A stretch of 64,000 nt of DNA from Chloroflexota bacterium (GTDB lineage Bacteria > Chloroflexota > Dehalococcoidia > DSTF01 > RBG-16-68-14): positions 16,508-80,507 of the forward strand of contig JADFPV010000001.1 of the NCBI GenBank assembly GCA_022562155.1. The letters are read 5' to 3'. Shown here piece after piece: positions 59,252 to 64,000 of the stretch. A program made the translations under genes and the position numbers. Within the stretch, counting starts at the first letter, position 1; each line of letters starts with the position of its first letter. Under the pieces are notes generated by a model that was not told the DNA's origin, did no database searches, and saw only the letters and a list, made by a program, of their open reading frames with translations.

Positions 59252-59974
59252 GTGGAAGTCATCCCTGCAATCGACCTGCGTGGCGGCCGTTGCGTTCGTC
59301 TGACGCAGGGTGACTACGACCGCGAAACCGTCTTTTCCGACGACCCTGTTGAGATGGCCCGGCGCTGGGAGGCGCAGGGCGCGACGCGCATCCACGTCGT
59401 CGACCTCAATGGCGCGCGCAAAGGCCAATCGATCAACGGTGAGGTTGTTCGGAAGATCATCGAGGCTGTCGAGCCCCCCGTGCAAGTCGCGGGCGGTGTG
59501 CGCACGCTCGATGCAGTTCAGACGTGGCTCGATCTCGGAGCCGACCGCGTCATCTTAGGCACCGCGGCTGTCCGCGATCCGGAACTCGCGGCCGAGGCGG
59601 CACGCCGGCACGGAGAGCGCATCGTCGTGTCCATCGATGCGCGCGGCGGTGTCGTTGCGGTTGAAGGCTGGCGGGAGGAAACGAAGCTCGATGCCGAATC
59701 GTTCCTCCAGACGCTGTCGGCGTTGGGTGTGCCACGCTTCGTGTACACCGACATCAACCGCGATGCGATGCTCGATTCGCCGAACTACGAGATGGTCGAA
59801 AAGATGGTCGGCGCCACGGAGCGTCCCATAATCGCCGCCGGCGGCGTTGCGGATGTAGAGAACCTCGTGCGCCTCGCCGAACTAGGCGTGGAAGGCGCTA
59901 TCGTCGGCCTCGCGCTGTACGACGGCCGCGTCCAGCTCCCCGAAGCGCTGAGGCGACTGGAACTGCTACCCTAG
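59252..59974 (+). CDS. hisA: ProFAR isomerase
   Basis: IPAIDLRGGRCVRL, HVVDL, GGVR, YTDINRD motifs. Confidence 0.95.
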   Translation: MEVIPAIDLRGGRCVRLTQGDYDRETVFSDDPVEMARRWEAQGATRIHVVDLNGARKGQSINGEVVRKIIEAVEPPVQVAGGVRTLDAVQTWLDLGADRVILGTAAVRDPELAAEAARRHGERIVVSIDARGGVVAVEGWREETKLDAESFLQTLSALGVPRFVYTDINRDAMLDSPNYEMVEKMVGATERPIIAAGGVADVENLVRLAELGVEGAIVGLALYDGRVQLPEALRRLELLP

Positions 59975-60005
59975 CTTAGGTAGAATTTGCAGGGTCGGCG
60001 GTTAG

Positions 60006-60395
60006 ATGGCTATGAAGCAAGTCGTGACATGGAGAACAGGCGCACTGATAGCGCTCCTGGCGCATGCGCTGTTGCTCATGTCCGCAGCGTTCACTATCGC
60101 GATACTGGCTGCCGTTGGGAAGGAGATCGACGTTCGGGTCGAGATCGATGAGCAGATTGTCGCCCTCCTGGTATTCGCAGCGGTCATTCCCTACGTTCCC
60201 ATCTTCGTGTTGTACGTGCCCACTGTAGCTTCCAGGCTGCGAGTCACTGGGTTCGGCTTCAAGCTAGGCCCGTTCGAGGTCAAGGGCGAGCTGAGTGATG
60301 AGTATGATGAGACGGCAAGACATTTGAGGGCTGCCGAGTCCGAAGTTGATATAATGATTGAGGGAGTTCGGCATCAGATTGGTGAGGATCTCTAA
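60006..60395 (+). CDS. Hypothetical membrane protein
   Basis: Two hydrophobic segments, then FKLGPFEVK; atypical codon use. Confidence 0.55.
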   Translation: MAMKQVVTWRTGALIALLAHALLLMSAAFTIAILAAVGKEIDVRVEIDEQIVALLVFAAVIPYVPIFVLYVPTVASRLRVTGFGFKLGPFEVKGELSDEYDETARHLRAAESEVDIMIEGVRHQIGEDL

Positions 60396-60397
60396 CC

Positions 60398-60823
60398 ATG
60401 AACATGGAATCAGAAGTCTCCAGTTTCAGTGCGACAGACCAACCCGAGTTGGCTCTTGTCGAGATGCGACGCGGGCTTGAGAGAAAGTTGAGACGGCTGG
60501 CTGACGCTGTGCCTCCGCCGGACATGGGTGGTTTGCTAGGGGAAACAAAGTCTTCCACCGAGCTACTTACAGGACTGAAAGAGTGCGGCGTATTGAGCAA
60601 AAACCTGGCAGCCTCAGTCCACGGTGTCCTGAAGCTAGCCACCCCTGCTGCTCACGGGATACGAGTCAGTCCTGCAGATGCGGCTAGAACGATAGATCTC
60701 GGCGACTCCGTTGTTGAAATCCTTGATCAGCTGATAAGTGTTGCGACCCCGTTCTCTATAAGTGAACCGGCCGCTGGTGTTGCAGAACCAACTGCTGAAT
60801 CTAGACCGGCCGACCAAGGCTGA
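60398..60823 (+). CDS. Hypothetical protein, degenerate HEPN/DUF4145-like
   Basis: ALVEMRRGLERKLRRLA...LATPAAHG; more AT-rich than neighbours. Confidence 0.55.
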   Translation: MNMESEVSSFSATDQPELALVEMRRGLERKLRRLADAVPPPDMGGLLGETKSSTELLTGLKECGVLSKNLAASVHGVLKLATPAAHGIRVSPADAARTIDLGDSVVEILDQLISVATPFSISEPAAGVAEPTAESRPADQG

Positions 60824-60908
60824 CATCGTCTTCAGGCCGACCCGAGGAGACCTCCTAGTCTCGACATCGCCAGCAAATCACCGGCTCCCACTCAGCTGAG
60901 ATGAAATC

Positions 60909-61673
60909 ATGCTGACAAAGCGTGTCATTCCTTGCTTCGACGTCGAAAACGGACGCGTCGTTAAAGGCATCTCGTTCGTGGAGCTGCGCGACGCCGGTGA
61001 TCCCGTCGAACTGGCCGGCATCTACGAGGAGCAGGGCGCGGACGAGCTGGTCTTTCTCGATATCACTGCTTCTTCCGACGAGCGGCAGACCGTCTACGAC
61101 ATGGTGGCGCACGTCGCTGACCAGGTCTTCATACCGTTCACGGTCGGCGGTGGCGTCCGCAGTCCTGAGGACGCGCGCATGCTCCTCGAACTGGGCGCCG
61201 ACAAGGTGTCGCTGAACACGGCCGCCGTCGACGACCCCGAGGTGATCTCGCGGTGCGCGCAGCGTTTCGGCAACCAGAACATCGTCGTCGCCATCGACGC
61301 CAAGGGCGTCGCGGAAGGCAAATGGGAGGTCTACACCCATGGCGGCCGGAGGCCCCGCGACCTCGACGCCGTCGAGTGGGCGCGTCAGGTTGTCGAACGT
61401 GGCGCCGGCGAGATCTTGCTGACGTCGATGGACGCGGACGGCCATCAGACCGGCTACGACCTGCCGTTGACGAAAGCGATCTCGGAGGCGGTAGAGGTGC
61501 CCGTCATCGCGTCCGGCGGCTGCGGCGAGCCATCGCATATGGTCGACGCCATCCTCACCGGCAAGGCCGACGCTGTGCTTGCGGCCAGTATCTTCCACTT
61601 CGGCACCTACAGCATCGAGGAGACCAAGCGGCAGCTCGCCGAGGCCGGTATCCCCGTGCGGCCGAAGCAATAA
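60909..61673 (+). CDS. hisF: Imidazole glycerol phosphate synthase cyclase subunit
   Basis: [43 protein letters not shown]. Confidence 0.97.
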   Translation: MLTKRVIPCFDVENGRVVKGISFVELRDAGDPVELAGIYEEQGADELVFLDITASSDERQTVYDMVAHVADQVFIPFTVGGGVRSPEDARMLLELGADKVSLNTAAVDDPEVISRCAQRFGNQNIVVAIDAKGVAEGKWEVYTHGGRRPRDLDAVEWARQVVERGAGEILLTSMDADGHQTGYDLPLTKAISEAVEVPVIASGGCGEPSHMVDAILTGKADAVLAASIFHFGTYSIEETKRQLAEAGIPVRPKQ

Positions 61674-61688
61674 ACGAAGGAGCAGCAT

Positions 61689-62015
61689 ACGGACGTCAAC
61701 GAGCTAGATTTCGCCAAGGGCGACGGCATTATCCCCGCCATCATTCAGGATGCTGACAGCGGCGAGGTGCTGACGCTCTTCTATATGGATAAGGAAGCCG
61801 TCGAGAAGACGCAGCAGACCAAAGAGGTCTGGCGCTTCAGCCGCGCCGAGAACAAGCTGATGCGCAAGGGCGACACCTCAGGCAACGTCCTCCACGTCGA
61901 GAGCCTTGCCGCGGACTGCGATCAAGATGCCCTCGTTGTCCGCGTTCACCCTGTCGGGCCGGCCTGCCACACAGGCGAGCGCACCTGCTTCCACAATCCT
62001 ATGGGGCTGAGCTAG
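61689..62015 (+). CDS. hisI: Phosphoribosyl-AMP cyclohydrolase; apparent ACG start
   Basis: LDFAKGDGIIPAIIQD, KGDTSG, DCDQD, ACHTG..TCF; AAGGAG 6 nt before the in-frame ACG. Confidence 0.9.
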   Translation, partial: TDVNELDFAKGDGIIPAIIQDADSGEVLTLFYMDKEAVEKTQQTKEVWRFSRAENKLMRKGDTSGNVLHVESLAADCDQDALVVRVHPVGPACHTGERTCFHNPMGLS

Positions 62016-62024
62016 AGCAACCAG

Positions 62025-62052
62025 CTGTCACTCTGAGCGCAGCGAAGAGTCT
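62025..62052. repeat. Intergenic ctgtcactctgagcgcagcgaagagtct repeat
   Basis: Matches 9225-9243 plus 9269-9277. Confidence 0.7.
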
Positions 62053-62109
62053 GATCCCTTGCGGTCATCATGCCTTGTTGTGGGCGGGGCCTGCTATATT
62101 ACGTCCGTT

Positions 62110-62685
62110 ATGTGGCGGTCCGTTGTTGCGATCACGTTTCTCCTCTTCCTCTCCGCATGCGCGAGTTCCGCGAACGCGCCAACGGTCCAGCCATTTCCGA
62201 CATCAACCGTGCTTTCGAAAGATCAGGCGCTAAGCTCTTGCGAGACACTGGAAGACGTGCCTAACGCTGTACTCTCCTACGGGGATCAGAGACAAGACGA
62301 CGCAAGGATGGCGATAAATTGGCAGTTCGACGACTGCGCCATCACTGGCCATCCTTTCGTCACGCTACCGCTTCCGCCCTCTGTGATTCGCATTCCGCGT
62401 GGTGAAAGGCCAGTGCTGGAATTTTCGGCTCAGCCAGAGTCTGTTTCGGGTTACGCCTGGGAACCCGCTTTCGACAAGGTGGAGGAGTCATCGAGCAACC
62501 GGCTGGAGGTACCCCTCGACGATCTCCGCCGCTCTACGCTGATCGATCTAGAGTTTGAACCGTCTATCTCGCAGGTGCTGGACCTTAGTGCGCTGCCACC
62601 GGCTGAGTATGCCATAGAGGTGTTTACTGGTTGGCGCAGAGGGTCGTCAGGATTCGCATTCCGCGTAGAAATCATAGAGCCTTAG
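62110..62685 (+). CDS. Hypothetical lipoprotein
   Basis: MWRSVVAITFLLFLSAC lipobox; TATATT 9 nt upstream. Confidence 0.65.
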   Translation: MWRSVVAITFLLFLSACASSANAPTVQPFPTSTVLSKDQALSSCETLEDVPNAVLSYGDQRQDDARMAINWQFDDCAITGHPFVTLPLPPSVIRIPRGERPVLEFSAQPESVSGYAWEPAFDKVEESSSNRLEVPLDDLRRSTLIDLEFEPSISQVLDLSALPPAEYAIEVFTGWRRGSSGFAFRVEIIEP

Positions 62686-63233
62686 CCGCCAAACTCCCGC
62701 TCGAATCGCTTCTTCGCAGGATCGAAGACCGCTACGTCCGGGAAGCGGATGCTCTTCCAGAGTGAGGTCGCTTCTTCAGGACCAAGTTCCATGACGTCCG
62801 AAAGGTACAGTGTCAGCACGATGCCATGCGAGATGATTCCGAAGCTCAGATCAGTGTGCCGCCCGACGATGCCATCGATGCAACTCCGTACGCGCGCCCG
62901 CGCGTCATCGAGCGGCTCCCATCCCTCCGGGGTGTTGCCAGAGAGATACGCATGTACTTGTTCTGCGTAGCCCGTTTCCACCCAGGCCCGGCCCTGGACT
63001 TCCCGCAGGTCACGCTCGATGCGGATCGGCAGTTCGTTCGCCGCGGCGATGCGTTGCGCAGTCGCGACCGCCTTCGGCTCGACGCTCGTGTGAATGCCGC
63101 GCAGTTCTCCCCAGTAGGGCTCTTCACCGAGCTTCTCAGCTGCAGCACGCCCGTCTGGCGATAGATACCAACGCGATCCTGGGAGGTCCGGCCTGGGTGT
63201 GACCGCTGCGTGGCGAATCAGGTAGACGTGCAC
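62682..63233 (-). CDS. Histidine phosphatase (phosphoglycerate mutase) family protein
   Basis: YLIRHA, LSPDG, LRE and ISHG motifs. Confidence 0.85.
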   Translation of the reverse strand: MHVYLIRHAAVTPRPDLPGSRWYLSPDGRAAAEKLGEEPYWGELRGIHTSVEPKAVATAQRIAAANELPIRIERDLREVQGRAWVETGYAEQVHAYLSGNTPEGWEPLDDARARVRSCIDGIVGRHTDLSFGIISHGIVLTLYLSDVMELGPEEATSLWKSIRFPDVAVFDPAKKRFEREFGG

Positions 63234-63236
63234 GTG

Positions 63237-63941
63237 TCAGTCTAGGAGGTCGAAGAGTTCCAGAAGCGATGTGACGACGGGGCAGTCGACCTCAGGCGCA
63301 CGACCCTCGCGGTCGATTAACACGGCAGCGATGCCCGCCGTTCGCGCACCGAGCACGTCCGAGATGTAGGAGTCGCCCACATACAGCACCTCGTGCGGTT
63401 GGAGTCGCGCTCGCACGAGGGCGTAGCGAAAGATGTCTGGGTGGGGTTTCGCTGCCCCAACCGCCGCGGATGCTACTACGAAGTCGAGGTGTTGCGTGAT
63501 CTCATGCGCGTGCAGGATCGGTACGAGGTCCGTTCCCCAATCCGAGATGATTCCCTGGGACAGGCCTTGTTCATCGGCCCGACTTAGCGTCTCCAACGAC
63601 TCCGGGTAAGGAAGCCACTGCTCCGGTTCTTGGTACCAGTCGTAGAGCGCGTCGGCCGCCGATTGCAGAGTCTCCTTCGGAAGGTCGACGCCGGTCTCCC
63701 GCATCGCTTGGATGTAGTAGGAAGCCCAGAAGCTGCGTGCACGCTCGTCGGAATCGTACGCGCCCATGCCATCCTCGCCAAACCGCGAGTAGAAGTGGTG
63801 GCCTACGTCCGGCAGCGCGCGTTCGCGGGCCAGCTTCATGCCTAACTGATCGCCTAAGAAATCCCAGATATCGGGGGCTTCCAGTCTGGGCTGGATCAGC
63901 GTTCGTCCGGCGTCGTAGAGAATCGCTCGAATCGTGTTCAT
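63237..63941 (-). CDS. HAD-IA family hydrolase
   Basis: YDAGRTL, IISDW, KPHPDIF and YVGDSYISDVLGA motifs. Confidence 0.9.
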   Translation of the reverse strand: MNTIRAILYDAGRTLIQPRLEAPDIWDFLGDQLGMKLARERALPDVGHHFYSRFGEDGMGAYDSDERARSFWASYYIQAMRETGVDLPKETLQSAADALYDWYQEPEQWLPYPESLETLSRADEQGLSQGIISDWGTDLVPILHAHEITQHLDFVVASAAVGAAKPHPDIFRYALVRARLQPHEVLYVGDSYISDVLGARTAGIAAVLIDREGRAPEVDCPVVTSLLELFDLLD

Positions 63942-64000
63942 GGAGAGTGTAGGCTCATCATATCGGCTGCGACGTTTGACCGCCGCTACGGCTCCCAGCT

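Overview
High-GC bacterial chromosomal segment. Gene content and protein style suggest Chloroflexota, probably Dehalococcoidia-like; this is inference, not a search result. The first ~13 kb is an accessory patchwork around leuB, with genes separated by several families of short hairpin/REP-like repeats. It contains a sterol-methyltransferase-like gene between 47-bp direct repeats, two disrupted genes, and a probable selenoprotein (AhpD-like, CxxU plus a SECIS-like hairpin). The rest is mostly core: nadA with an NrtR-type palindrome, a dcd-rib cluster interrupted by passenger genes, dinB with a consensus promoter, two convergent DUF58/VWA/MoxR operons, dnaJ-prmA, menA, aspS, a GT-C/sulfotransferase trio, mreBCD-mrdA-rodA, ligA, a WYL regulator module and an interleaved hisH-A-F-I cluster. 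Most notable: the Sec-type peroxidase, a ~25-bp element found both nested in an intergenic repeat and in frame inside RibD, hairpin repeats that supply stop codons and an RBS to genes, a duplicated ribE 5' end flanking a kinase gene, and a transglutaminase-like protein lacking all three catalytic residues. No rRNA, tRNA, CRISPR array, integrase or transposase was recognised. All family assignments come from motif recognition by eye.
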